This document shows, one piece after another, positions 1 to 11,350 of a stretch of 64,000 bases of DNA. The translations under genes and the position numbers were made by a program. This DNA comes from Octopus sinensis (Eukaryota), in assembly GCF_006345805.1 (NCBI RefSeq), contig NC_043007.1:25544001-25608000 (forward strand), written 5' to 3'. Positions within the stretch are counted from its first letter, which is position 1. Each line of letters begins with the position of its first letter. The notes under the pieces are model-generated. The model was not told the origin of the DNA and did no database searches. It saw only the letters and a list, made by a program, of their open reading frames with translations.

Positions 1-92
1 GACACTTGCCCAAGATGCCACGCAGTGGGACTGAACCCGGAACCATGTGGTTGGTTAGCAAGCTACTTACCACACAGCCACTCCTGCGCCTA
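1..92 (-). mobile_element. S1 tRNA-derived SINE, 5' head (cut by window edge)
   Basis: Reverse complement aggcgcaggagtggctgtgtggtaag...ggttcagtccc carries A/B boxes. Confidence 0.85.
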
Positions 93-107
93 TAATAATA
101 ATAATAA

Positions 108-315
108 TCCTTTCTACTAAAGGCCTGAAATTTGGGGGTAGGTGACTAGTCAATTACATCAACCCCAGTGTTTAACTGGCTCTTAATTTATCAACCCTGA
201 AAGGATGAAAGGTAAAGTCAACCTCGGCGGAATTTGAACTCAGAATGTGAAGACAGACAAAGTGCTGCTAAGCATTTTGCCCATTATGCTAACGATTCTA
301 CCATCTCGCCACCTT
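108..315 (-). mobile_element. S2 tRNA-derived SINE, degenerate
   Basis: gaaaggatgaaaggtaaagtcaacctcggcggaatttgaactcag core shared with other S2 copies. Confidence 0.75.
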
Positions 316-779
316 TAATAATAATATTAATTATGATGATGATGATGATACTTTTTACCATCTGCTACTTCCTTCCACATGTTTGTGAGGGAGTCTTATT
401 ACTAATTAAACTGCAGCATTCGACTTATTTTCTTCATGCTGGAAATCTGGAAGACTCATCATCATTATCATCATCATCATCATAGTTCTAACCTTCACTT
501 TTCCATGTTTTGCATGGATCAGACAGAGTTTATTGTGGAAAGCTTTTGACAGCTGGATGTCCTTCCTGTCATTAACCTTCTTCTGTTTCCAAGCAAGAAA
601 AATATTTCCTCATGGCCAGACATGTTTTTGAAGAACGCTGGAAATGAAGGACATCGCTTGCATGACAATGGCATTCATTTGCAACAACTGCACGATCTCA
701 AAACAAGGAAACACAAACATATACACCTTTACACATACATGCAAGCACGCATACATTCATTCATTCATTCATACATTGA

Positions 780-1071
780 GCAAGGTCATTGCCAGTGCTG
801 CTGGACTGACTCCTGTGCAGGTGGCACATAAAAAACACCATTTTCGAACATGACCGCTGCCAGTACCGCCAGACTGGCCCTCGTGCCGGTGGCATTTTAA
901 AAACACCCACTGCACTCTCGGAGTGGTTGGCGTTAGGAAGAGCATCCAGCTGTAGAAACTCTGCCAGATCAGATTGGAGCCTGGCGCAGCCATCTGGTTC
1001 ACCAGTCCTCAGTCAAATCGTCCAACCCATGCTAGCATGGAAAGCGGACGTCAAATGATGATGATGATGAT
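780..1071 (+). mobile_element. S5: (GAT)n-tailed RTE-like 3' end
   Basis: ggcgttaggaag...ccaacccatgctagcatggaaagcggacg followed by (GAT)n. Confidence 0.8.
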
Positions 1072-1379
1072 ACATACATACATACATACATAAACTTAAT
1101 TCAGCTTCCATCTACCAAATCCACTCACCAGGCTTTGGTTGGCCCAGGGCTATAATAGAAGACACTTTCCCAAAGTGTCACACAATGAGAGTGAACCTGA
1201 AACGCTGTGGTTCATAAGCAAACGTTTTAACCACACAGCCATGCCTGTGCAAAATTGATCTTAGCCGTAACATCTGAATATAAAGGAATGTGGCTGAACA
1301 CTGCATAGCATTTTCTCTGTAGCTGCACTGATTCTTTCACTCTGCCACCCATGATATTGATAATGGGTTTTTTTTCTTT

Positions 1380-1412
<33 letters not shown>

Positions 1413-1820
1413 TATAATGGCAAATAGCCATACATTTTCCAGGTGGATACTGTCAATTAAATCCAGTCTGGTGTTTGACTTGTAATTACTTTATCAACCT
1501 GTTGTGGACAACTCTCGGCTCCATCGTTTGTTTTTTTGATCAAATACAACATTAAAAGCCTTGGCACTAATTATTAACAATAAGTGACTGTCATGCTGTT
1601 GTACACAAGTTCAAAAAGCAAAAAAAAAAAAGGAAAAAAAAGAAAAAGAAAATCTAAAATATTTGGTGCATCTGACACGTTGTTATTTCTACCAATCAAA
1701 CAACTCCATTGTATCATGTGTCTCTTATCTGTGGCCACCGTTTTTCAATTAATAGAATGGCTATCGTTTGTGCATCTGTTCCGTTCTTCCAGTTCTTTTG
1801 ACCTTACCTTAATAAATAGT

Positions 1821-2210
1821 CTCTTTACTCTTTTACTTGTTTCAGTCATTTGACTGCGGCCATGCTGGAGCACCGCCTTTAATCGAGCAACTCGACCCCG
1901 GGACTTATTCTTTTGTAAGCCCAGTACTTATTCTATCGGTCTCTTTTGCCGAACCGCTAAGTTATGGGGACGTAAACACACCAGCATCAGTTGTCAAGCA
2001 ATGCTAGGGGGACAAACACAGACACACACACATATATATACATACATATATACGACGGGCTTCTTTCAGTTTCCATCTACCAAATCCACTCACAAGGCAT
2101 TGGTCGGCCCGGGGCTATAGCAGAAGACACTTGCCCAAGATGCAACGCAGTGGGACTGAACCTGGAACCATGTGGTTGGTAAGCAAGCTACTAACCACAC
2201 AACCACTCCT
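1821..2210 (-). mobile_element. S1 SINE, full length
   Basis: Head + internal TA/CA microsatellite + body + (TAAAAGAG)-type tail. Confidence 0.88.
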
Positions 2211-2567
2211 GGTTTACTTTATTTTTTTTTTTTTTTAGAGATTGTCATGGGTCCACCCAAACCATCGTTGGGTGGCATAGTGGAAAGAAAAGAAAAAAAA
2301 ATGAACAATTCTCTCATACACTCATTTCATTTTCTGTCGAGTGGCTGTGTGGTATGTAGCTTGCTTACCAACCACATGGTCCTGGGTTCAGTCCCACTGC
2401 ATGGCACCTTGGGCAAGTCTCTTCTACTATAGCCTCAGGCCGACCAAAGCCTTGTGAGTAGATTTGGTAGATGGAAACTGAAAGAAGCCCGTTGAATATG
2501 TATATATATATATATGGAAAAAAAAGTCAAGATAGAAAATGATGAAATAATTTTATAAAAAACATTT

Positions 2568-2603
2568 CAGTACCGGTTTCAGTCATTGAGACTTTTTCAA
2601 CTG
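2568..2603 (-). ncRNA. Minimal type I hammerhead motif with U3-A8 core
   Basis: Minus strand: cag-TTGAAAA-agtc tcaat gact-GAAA-ccgg-TA-ctg; stem I, stem II and palindromic stem III all in register. Confidence 0.7.
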
Positions 2604-2843
2604 TAACAATTAAATAATTAAATTTAGAAAAATTAAAAGAAAAGTTTTTTTAAAGAATATTTGTAGTGTTCAAATACAAGTGGCATTTTCCTTGTTTCTG
2701 CCTGTCTCTGTCTCTCTTGTTTAATTAGTATATATATATATATATGACGGGAAGGTTTACGAAAATAAACAAAAGACGAAGGCAGGTGGAGTACAAACAA
2801 ACAATGTATTAGTATGGCGCTCAGGAATAGAAATAAAACAAGT

Positions 2844-2879
2844 TTTTTACGTTTCGAGCCTATGCTCTTCGACAGAAAG
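2844..2879 (-). ncRNA. Minimal type I hammerhead-like motif (CUGUCGA core)
   Basis: Minus strand: cttt-CTGTCGA-a-gagc atag gctc-GAAA-cg-TA-aaaa. Confidence 0.6.
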
Positions 2880-3793
2880 ATACACAGAAAAGAAACAAGG
2901 AGAGAAACAAGGAGAGAAAAAAATTGCGTGTAGGGGCTAACGATCCAACGTGTATGTGTCTGTCCCCTCAACATCATTTGACAACCGATGCTGGTGTGTT
3001 TATGTCCCTGTAACTTAGCGGTTCGGCAAAAGAGACCCATAGAATAAATACTAGGCTTACAAAGAATAAGCTCTGGGGGTTGATTTTCTCGACTAAAGGC
3101 AATGCCCCAGCATGGCCGCAGTCAAATGACTGAAACAAGTAGAAGAATAAAAGAACAGCACCAGAAGAGGCTCATTTGCACTTGTGTGACTTGTAAACTG
3201 ATTGGAGACGGAAAAGTCACATATTCTACGCAAACTTATACATTATTTATGTTATCGCTCTTACAATTTGGGGATTTGATTATAAATGGAAAATAGCAAA
3301 TTCACACAAATTCATCTTTCATTCTCTGGGATTATCAACACAGATGCAGAGACGCATGCATAAACATCTTTATATTATAAATGCTAGCTTTTGTTTCTCA
3401 GTCATTTTTAACTAGATTTTTTATGTTCTTGTCCTTAGTTGGCCCTTGTAGTTGATTTGTATGGTTTAACAGAATAAATATGTTGTTGGTTATTAACACA
3501 AAGCCTGCTTCTGTCTTGTCCTTATCAACATCAAGTAATATTCTACCATAGACTACTACTGTTAAAAATCCTTAAAGTCTAGTAGAGTTTAAAGCAGAGT
3601 TAGACTCAGTAAGATTTGAAATAATAAGAATTTAAAGTAAAGGTTACGCCTGAATAAGGCTATAGGTGCAGTTGTTGCTATGTGGTAAGAAGTTTGTTTC
3701 TTCACCACATGATTCTGGGTTCAGTCCCATTGTGTGGTACCTTATGAGTGGGTCTGGTAAACAGAAGCTGAAAGAAGCCTGTCGTGTGTGTGT

Positions 3794-4046
3794 GTGGAGG
3801 CGCGTGGCTTAATGGTTAGGGTGTCAGCACCATGATCGTAAGATTGTGGTTTCGATTCCTGGACCGGGCGACGCGTTGTGTTCTTGAGCAAAACACTTCA
3901 TTTCACGTTGCTCCAGTCCACTCAGCTGGCAAAAATGAGTAACGCTGTGATGGACTGGCGTCCCATTCAGCTGGGGAACACATACGCCACAGAAACCGGG
4001 AAACTGGGCCCATGAGCCTGGCTAGGCTTTAAAAGGGTGCATTTGT

Positions 4047-4050
<4 letters not shown>
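3794..4050 (+). mobile_element. S3 tRNA-derived SINE
   Basis: A box tggcttaatgg, B box ggtttcgattcc, central gtgttcttgagcaaaacactt. Confidence 0.8.
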
Positions 4051-4089
<39 letters not shown>

Positions 4090-4423
4090 CATAAACACCA
4101 GTGCATGAAATGTACATCACTCCATGAAATGTATGCACTAGGTTACTTATATTCATGCACACCCAGGGGCCCACATAATTCTAAGCTCACCCACACATAC
4201 ATACTCATGCACTTGCCTCCATTCACTCATATACACTCACACACACCATTCTCACATACATACATGCGCTTGCGTACCCTAGCTCAGCCAGGTTACCATT
4301 ATCATCTCTTTTATACTCAGCCTCTTTCTTCTCACAATTTCATCATGGTGGATCGTTAATCTCTACACATTTTTTATCACCCCCTCTTTTTTGGTGTTCT
4401 CTCCATTTTTTTCCCTCTCAATC

Positions 4424-4459
4424 CTTTCTGTTGAAGAGCGTAGGCTCGAAATGCCAAAG
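4424..4459 (+). ncRNA. Hammerhead-like motif, same family as 2844, probably dead
   Basis: cttt-CTGTTGA-a-gagc gtag gctc-GAAA-tg-CC-aaag; U16.1 replaced by C. Confidence 0.5.
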
Positions 4460-4715
4460 ACTTTTCCATTCTTCTCAAGTGTTAAACTAATACACCTGCA
4501 TATTGTTCCTTCACCTGTCTTTGACTTCTGTTTCCTATAAATTTGAATTATTGTTTAATGTACACAGTATACAATTACGAGCTGCTAATAGTTTTATACA
4601 TTGAAGAAATCATCTTTCCAGGTTTTAAAACACACCTAGTCTCTCCAAGTGATCTTCTGGTTGGGTGCTTTTTTTGTGCAACCTGCACTATTGAGTTTGC
4701 CATGCAGTGCACAGG

Positions 4716-5135
4716 GATCTTTTCGGTTTGAACGGCAGTTTTTTAAAAATAATTTCCACGTAACTAAACACTTTTAAACTTCGTATACTGGTAGAATGTG
4801 TTTATAAAACAGCTTTTTCTCTTGGCTTTATTGAGAAAATTCTATAGTTTGTAAGATATTTGTTGTTGCTTTTCTTCAATTTCTGCAATTTCAACCAATC
4901 AATGATGTCTATTGAGGTGAAAACACTCTGTGCCGTATGAATATGTCCCTCGTTTAAGAAACAGATTGGGTTTATTTACATTTCTGAAGAAAAATAGATA
5001 CCCTTCGCTCCACTCCTAACCCTAACCAACCCTAAAACAGATTGAAATGCACTAGATCGATACTAGGGTCATAATTATGGGTGACAATTTCGTATGACAC
5101 CGCTAGAAAAAACTGCCGTTCAAACCGAAAAGATC
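4716..5135. mobile_element. MITE with perfect 29-bp TIRs
   Basis: gatcttttcggtttgaacggcagtttttt (4716-4744) is the exact reverse complement of 5107-5135. Confidence 0.85.
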
Positions 5136-5499
5136 TGTGCATAGAACTGCAAACCCTGGTGGGATGTAGGGTATGACCTTCATGCTTGTGGACAAAGAGA
5201 TTGAACTGTGAGAAGTGATGGGTGAGGGCCAGTGCAGGTTCATGTAGAGGATCTGCATGGCTACTTACTTCTAGTAGGAGAACGGGAGAGAAAGAGAAAG
5301 TGAAGAGAAGGTGCTGTGAGAGATAGATATAGCAGTTAGGTGCTTATGTGGCACCACAAGGCACAAAGTGAGTTGAAGCATTGGCTTGCAAGATTGTATG
5401 GGAAGGAGAATGAGGTGATAGGGGGTGGGGGTCGACTGTCAGAATGGGTAGGGTTGAAGGGTGGATGTGCAAGGAGCCATAGTAATATTGATAATCATT

Positions 5500-5950
5500 T
5501 CTACTAGAGGCACGAGGCCTGAAATTTAAAGGGAGGGGATTAGTCAATTACAACAACCTTAGTACTCAACTGGTACTTACTCTATTGACCCCCAAAAGGA
5601 TGAAAGGCAAAGTCAACCTCAGTGGAATTTGAACTCAGAACATAAGGACGGATGAAATGCTATTCAGCATATTTTACCTGACATGCTAATGATTCTGCCT
5701 GCTCATTACCTTAACGATGATAATAATAATGATTATATTTACCATAGGCACAAGGCCTGAAATTTGTGCAGAGGAGACTAGTTGATTACATTGACCCCCT
5801 GTACTTGACTGGTACTTATTTTATTGACCCTGAAAGGATGAAAGGCAAAGTCAACCTTGGTGGAATTTGAACTCAGAACGTAAGGACAGACAGAATGCCA
5901 TTAAGTGCTCTGCCCAGTGTGCTAACGATTCTGCCAGCGTGCTGCCTTAA
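5500..5950 (-). mobile_element. Two adjacent degenerate S2 SINE copies
   Basis: aaaggatgaaaggcaaagtcaacct...ggaatttgaactcagaac occurs twice. Confidence 0.7.
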
Positions 5951-6409
5951 TCGTAATTATTATATAAAGATAATAACTATTTCTAACATTAGCACACGGC
6001 CACACAGGCTGTCATACACATATATACGTATACGCATGTACACATGTACACGCATACAGGCAGATATGATTTTTGCAAATAGAAAAACACTGGGTACTTA
6101 TTTTTCTTTATTTATTTACATGGACTTAGGAAAGTTACACCCCTACAAATAAACATAGTTGTGTGTGCTCGCATGCACACCATTTGGGGTATATATTTGC
6201 TTAAATTGCACACACACACACACATACACACTTGCATGCACATACACAGATACATGAGTGCACGCACAGAGAGATAGACAGACAGACAGACACATACACA
6301 CATATTCTCACGCACACTTGTAGGTACTAACTGACGCAGGGTACATATAGACAGCAGTGGTTTGTATTATAATTTGATCATTAGTGTTGAAAGCACTGAG
6401 AATTCAATG

Positions 6410-6443
6410 TACATACATACATACATACATACATACACAGAGT

Positions 6444-6474
<31 letters not shown>

Positions 6475-6478
6475 TTAT

Positions 6479-6526
<48 letters not shown>

Positions 6527-6590
6527 TTATATATACATACACACACACACACATATATATATATTTATACACACACACACACACGCACAG

Positions 6591-6645
<55 letters not shown>

Positions 6646-6650
6646 ATATT
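6410..6650. repeat. Compound (CATA)/(CA)/(TA) microsatellite
   Basis: Directly visible. Confidence 0.95.
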
Positions 6651-6808
6651 AAACAACAGAGATTCTAGGAAGTATTTCATTTCAGATTGTCTTCAGCTGT
6701 TGAGACAAGAAAAATAAACAATTTAGATTATTATTTAATAACAGATATTTATATCAATCTATATATATATATATGTATGTCTACACGCACATGCGCGTGT
6801 ACACACAT

Positions 6809-6845
<37 letters not shown>

Positions 6846-7139
6846 TATACAAATATGTAAAGAATGTTTCTTGTTACATTACAGTTTTACTCGTGGCAGC
6901 TTCTTTCATCATTTACTTGTGGAAGTCATTGGACTGCGGCCATGCTTGGTGGGGGTTACTGCCTTATAGAGTCTTAGTCAAACAGATCGACCCCCAGTAC
7001 TTATTTATTTATCTGCTTATTTATTTGCTTTCCTAAATTCTGGTACTTATTCTATTGGTCCCTTTCGCCAAACTGCTAAGTTATGGGAACATAGACAAAT
7101 CAACATTGATTGTCAAGTGGTGGTGGTGGTCATGAGGGA

Positions 7140-7192
<53 letters not shown>

Positions 7193-7522
7193 CAGGTTTC
7201 AGCACAGTTTTCTATCTAACAAATTCATCTGGTGCAGCCTTCTGGCTTCCCAGATCCCGGTCGAACTGTCCAACCCATGCTAACATGGAAAACGGACGTT
7301 AAAAGATGATGATGATGATGATATATATATATATATATATAAAACGATTTAAGGGTAAAATTCACGTTAATGATTTTTATCAAGTAGTCAGCATGCTATA
7401 AAAATTTATGGGCAATTAATACATTGAATTAATAATGATGTACATATGTATGTAATTATATCAAGGGAGCAAGAGAGATCAGGCGAAAACGATCCTTCTT
7501 CAGCATACTTGAAGTGCCAATA

Positions 7523-7687
7523 CCGTCAAAAACTACCAAAAACCCCAGCTAAAATATACACGTGGCTGAAATTGGGCTAGTGAGAGAAAATTAACATTAA
7601 CATGAGGTCTTTTTTAATTTTCTCTCACTAGCCTGATTTCAGCCACGTGTATATTTTAGCTGGAAATTTATTGGTAGTTTTTGAAGG
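7523..7687. mobile_element. Fold-back MITE with TA flanks (Tc1/mariner type)
   Basis: ~70-bp arms (ccgtcaaaaactacc...gagagaaaattaa and its inverse) around a ~20-nt loop; TA at 7521-7522 and 7688-7689. Confidence 0.8.
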
Positions 7688-7693
7688 TATATA

Positions 7694-7745
<52 letters not shown>

Positions 7746-7858
7746 CCTTTATCTTTTATTTGTTTTAGTCACCTAACTGGCCTTGCAGGGACACCACCTT
7801 GAGAGGTTTTGTTGAATGAATTGACCCTAGGACATTATATATATATATATATATATAT

Positions 7859-8255
7859 AGGCGCAGGAGTGGCTGTGTGGTAAGTAGCTTGCTTACCAAC
7901 CACATGGTTCCGGGTTCAATCCCACTGCGTGGCATCTTGGGCAAGTGTTTTCTACTATAGCCTTGTGCTGACCAAAGCCTTGTGAGTGGATTTGGTAGAT
8001 GGAAACTGAAAGAAGCCTGTCGTATATATGTATATATATATATGTGTGTGTTTGTGTGTCTGTGTTTGTCCCCCTAGCATTGCTTGACAACCGATGCTGG
8101 TGTGTTTATGTCACCGTCACTTAGCGGTTCGGCAAAAGAGACCGATAGAATAAGTACTGGGCTTACAAAAGAATAAGTCCCGGGGTCGAGTTGCTCGATT
8201 AAAGGCTGTGCTCCAGCATAGCCGCAGTCAAATGACTGAAACAAGTAAAAGAGTA
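7859..8255 (+). mobile_element. S1 SINE, full length
   Basis: Head to aagtaaaagagta tail. Confidence 0.9.
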
Positions 8256-8356
8256 ATATATATATATCCTTTATCTTTTATTTGTTTTAGTCACCTAACT
8301 GGCCTTGCCGGGACACCACCTTGAGAGGTTTTGTTTGAATGAATTGACCCTAGAAC

Positions 8357-8399
<43 letters not shown>

Positions 8400-8419
8400 A
8401 AATTGAGAGAACAAAGCAT

Positions 8420-8960
8420 TAAAATCCAGGCTACATATGTTTCCTTGTTAGCAGAACCTTGGAAGTAATTATTACTCAACGAGGGGTACTCCACTCGTTA
8501 CTCATCAGGCTGAAGACACCTTAGTTAAATGAAGGTTACTTTGTCATCAAGGGATCCTGAGTTAACTCACAGGAGATGTGACTTGAAATGAGTGGCGAAG
8601 CTGGAAAAATGGAGTGAGAAAAAAATTTAGAAAAACACATGTATGAAAATATGGGAGTGAGCAATTATCTAAGGCTGTTAGGAATAAAGGAAAAGAGAGG
8701 GAGAAGAGGGGGGAATTTTGGTTAGATTGAAGCTGACTAGGGGAGGGTTGTTGTGAATATTAAGCTGTGGTTGTTTGCTGTGTCAATGAAAAATAAATTA
8801 ATAAATATTATTGTTGTATCTAAGTATATACATTTAGACAGAATCAAAGAAAAAAGGAAGTGATGAATTTTTAGGATATTTAGGAGTGGAGTACCCCTCG
8901 TTGAGTAATTATTACTTCCGAGGTTCTGCTAGCTAGAAAACACATGTAGCCTGGATTTTA
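8420..8960. mobile_element. Non-autonomous DNA transposon with ~77-bp TIRs
   Basis: 8420-8496 (taaaatccaggctac...ggtactccactc) is inverted at 8884-8960. Confidence 0.8.
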
Positions 8961-9194
8961 TCTACTCCATTTCCTAATTCTTGATTTCTTATGCATTCAT
9001 AGCAACCCTGGATGCTGTGAACTATAAAATAATTTTTTTCAGCTTATCGAACTCCAATGTGAGAAAAACCTACAACCTTCAACACCAATAAACCATTATT
9101 GTTCCTGAAAGTTTTTTTTTTTACATCTACAATGGGCTGCTTGAAGCTTACTAGCTTCCTACACCTTGATCCTTGGATTTTAACATTTCATATC

Positions 9195-9235
<41 letters not shown>

Positions 9236-9410
9236 ATGTGTGTGTGTGTGTGCATGTGTGTGTTTTTATGTTCACTTATAATAAAAATAATTTTACTTTA
9301 ATCTGAAGGGTTACTCCGTACTTTTGTAGAGTACAGATTTATTAGTTTTCAACAAGAATAGTATTGACTAGTGGCTTTGAAGTTTCAGCCTACTAATCCA
9401 TCATCTATCT

Positions 9411-9449
<39 letters not shown>

Positions 9450-9630
9450 TATATAGAATAGATATATATATATATATATAATATATATATAAATATGTGT
9501 GTAGTATTGATAGTTAGATAGCTATTAATATGGATAATGTTTGGATGCTGCCTTATCAGCTGAAATGATAATTTTGCCAATTATATATATGTGTGTGTAT
9601 ATAACAGCTGTTTTTTTTTTCTATTGACAG

Positions 9631-9775
9631 ATACGTCAGGGGAGGAGTACTTCCAGGATAAATTACCCGATGAAGTGATGCTGAAGATTTTTAGTTTTCT
9701 ATTAGAGTTTGATTTGTGCCGAGCTGCTCAAGTTAGTAAAAGATTCCGTACCATAAGCAATGACAGTGAATTATG
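9631..9775 (+). CDS. FBXO11: F-box only protein 11, internal coding exon (F-box domain)
   Basis: Polypyrimidine tract + AG at 9629-9630, GTAAG donor at 9776. Translates (D)[47 protein letters not shown](W), matching the FBXO11 F-box as recalled ([25 protein letters not shown]...). Phase 1 in, phase 2 out. Confidence 0.93.
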
Positions 9776-9947
9776 GTAAGAAACGACTCGTTTTCTATTT
9801 AATAAACACTACCTCTTTTCATGTTTGATAATCTTTTATCAGTTTACTTATTTCAGTCATTTGAATGCTACCAAGCTGGGGCCCCCGCTTCTAGGTTTCT
9901 CATTTATTATATCAACCTAAGTACAGAATCTGGTATTAATTTTTTTT

Positions 9948-10357
9948 AGGTGCAGGAGTGGCTGTGTGGTAAGTAGCTTGCTTACCAACCACATGGTTCT
10001 CGGTTCAGTCCCACTGCGTGGCACCTTGGGAAAGTGTCTTCTACTATAGCCTTGGGTCAACCAAAGCCTTGTGAGTGAATTTGGTAGTTGGAAACTGAAA
10101 GAAGCCCATCGTATATATGTATATATATATGTATGTGTGTGTGTATATGTGTGTCTGTGTTTGTCCCCCCCAACATCGCTTGACAACTGATGCTTGTGTG
10201 TTTACGTCCCCATAACTTAGTGGTTCGGCAAAAGAGACTGACAGAATAAGTACTAGGCTTACAAAGAATAAGTCCTGGGGTCGATTTGCTCGACTAAAGG
10301 CGGTGCTCCAGCATGGCCACAGTCAAATGACTGAAACAAGTAAAAGAGTAAAATGAG
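9948..10357 (+). mobile_element. S1 SINE, full length
   Basis: Complete head, body and tail, 170 bp downstream of the F-box exon. Confidence 0.9.
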
Positions 10358-10990
10358 GGCAAAGTTAATTCAGTCATAAAGGAAAAAACAAAACAACCAG
10401 AGAAGCTAACTTCCATTTACACATATGTGTCTTCACAGTTACACTTTACCAGACTCACAAGACTTTAGTTGACTCGAGGACTCATCAGACTAGTTATCTA
10501 GTTTCCATGGCATGTAAGTGACAACATCCCCCCCCCTGGATGGGACACCAGTCCATTGTTGCAGAGTTACTCATTTGCAGCTGAGTGGATTGGAAAAACA
10601 AGAAAAGAAGTGATTTGCTCAAGAACACAATTAAGAACACAAATGATCCAGGAATCAAAACCATGATCAAGTGACCATGAGAGCAATACCATAACCATTA
10701 AACTACATCCCTTCACCATACTGTGTGCTCTAGGAGTAATCCAATGTGCTGCGTGTTCTTGGATTAATCCTATATACTATGTGCTGTTGGAATATTCCGG
10801 CATATTGTAGGGATCAAAATCATAATCTCAAGATCATGAGTGCTGTACCCTGACCACTTGCCCATGTAACTTCTATTTAATGGTAAATTAAAACCTGCTA
10901 CATGCTAACAAGAACAATGAAGTAATCCCTCTGACAGGTTTCCGCATAGTTTCCCCTCTACCATATCTTAGCTCCACAGTCTTTCATCCT

Positions 10991-11350
10991 CATCATCATC
11001 ATCATCATCGTTTAACGTCCGTTCTCCATGCTAGCATGGGTTGGACGGTTCGACCGGGGATCTGGGAAGCCAGAGGGCTGCACCAGGCTCCAGTCTGATC
11101 TGGCAGTGTTTCTACAGCTTGATGCCCTTCCTAACGCCAACCACTCCGTGAGTGTAGTGGGTGCTTTTTACATGCCACTGGCACAGGTGCCAGGCGAGGC
11201 TGGCAACGGCCATGATAGGATTGGTGCTTTTTATGTGCCACCGGCACGGAAGCCAGTCTAGGCGGCGCTGGCATCGGCCACATTCGGATGGTGCTTTTTA
11301 CGTGCCACTGGCACGGAAGCCAGCCTAGGCGGCGCTGGCATTGGCCAAAC
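10991..11350 (-). mobile_element. S5 RTE-like 3' end
   Basis: (ATC)n then gtttaacgtccgttctccatgctagc; internal gtgcca subrepeats. Confidence 0.8.

Larger units (their letters stand above)
2339..3155 (+). mobile_element. S1 SINE interrupted by a ~430-bp hammerhead-bearing insert (about 2510-2945)
   Basis: Head at 2339-2500 and body/tail at 2950-3155 are collinear with full S1. Confidence 0.75.

Noticed and set aside
8501-10490. CTGATGAG on the minus strand at 8501-8508 and 10481-10488 as hammerhead cores
   Set aside because: No GAAA following a stem II in the correct register.
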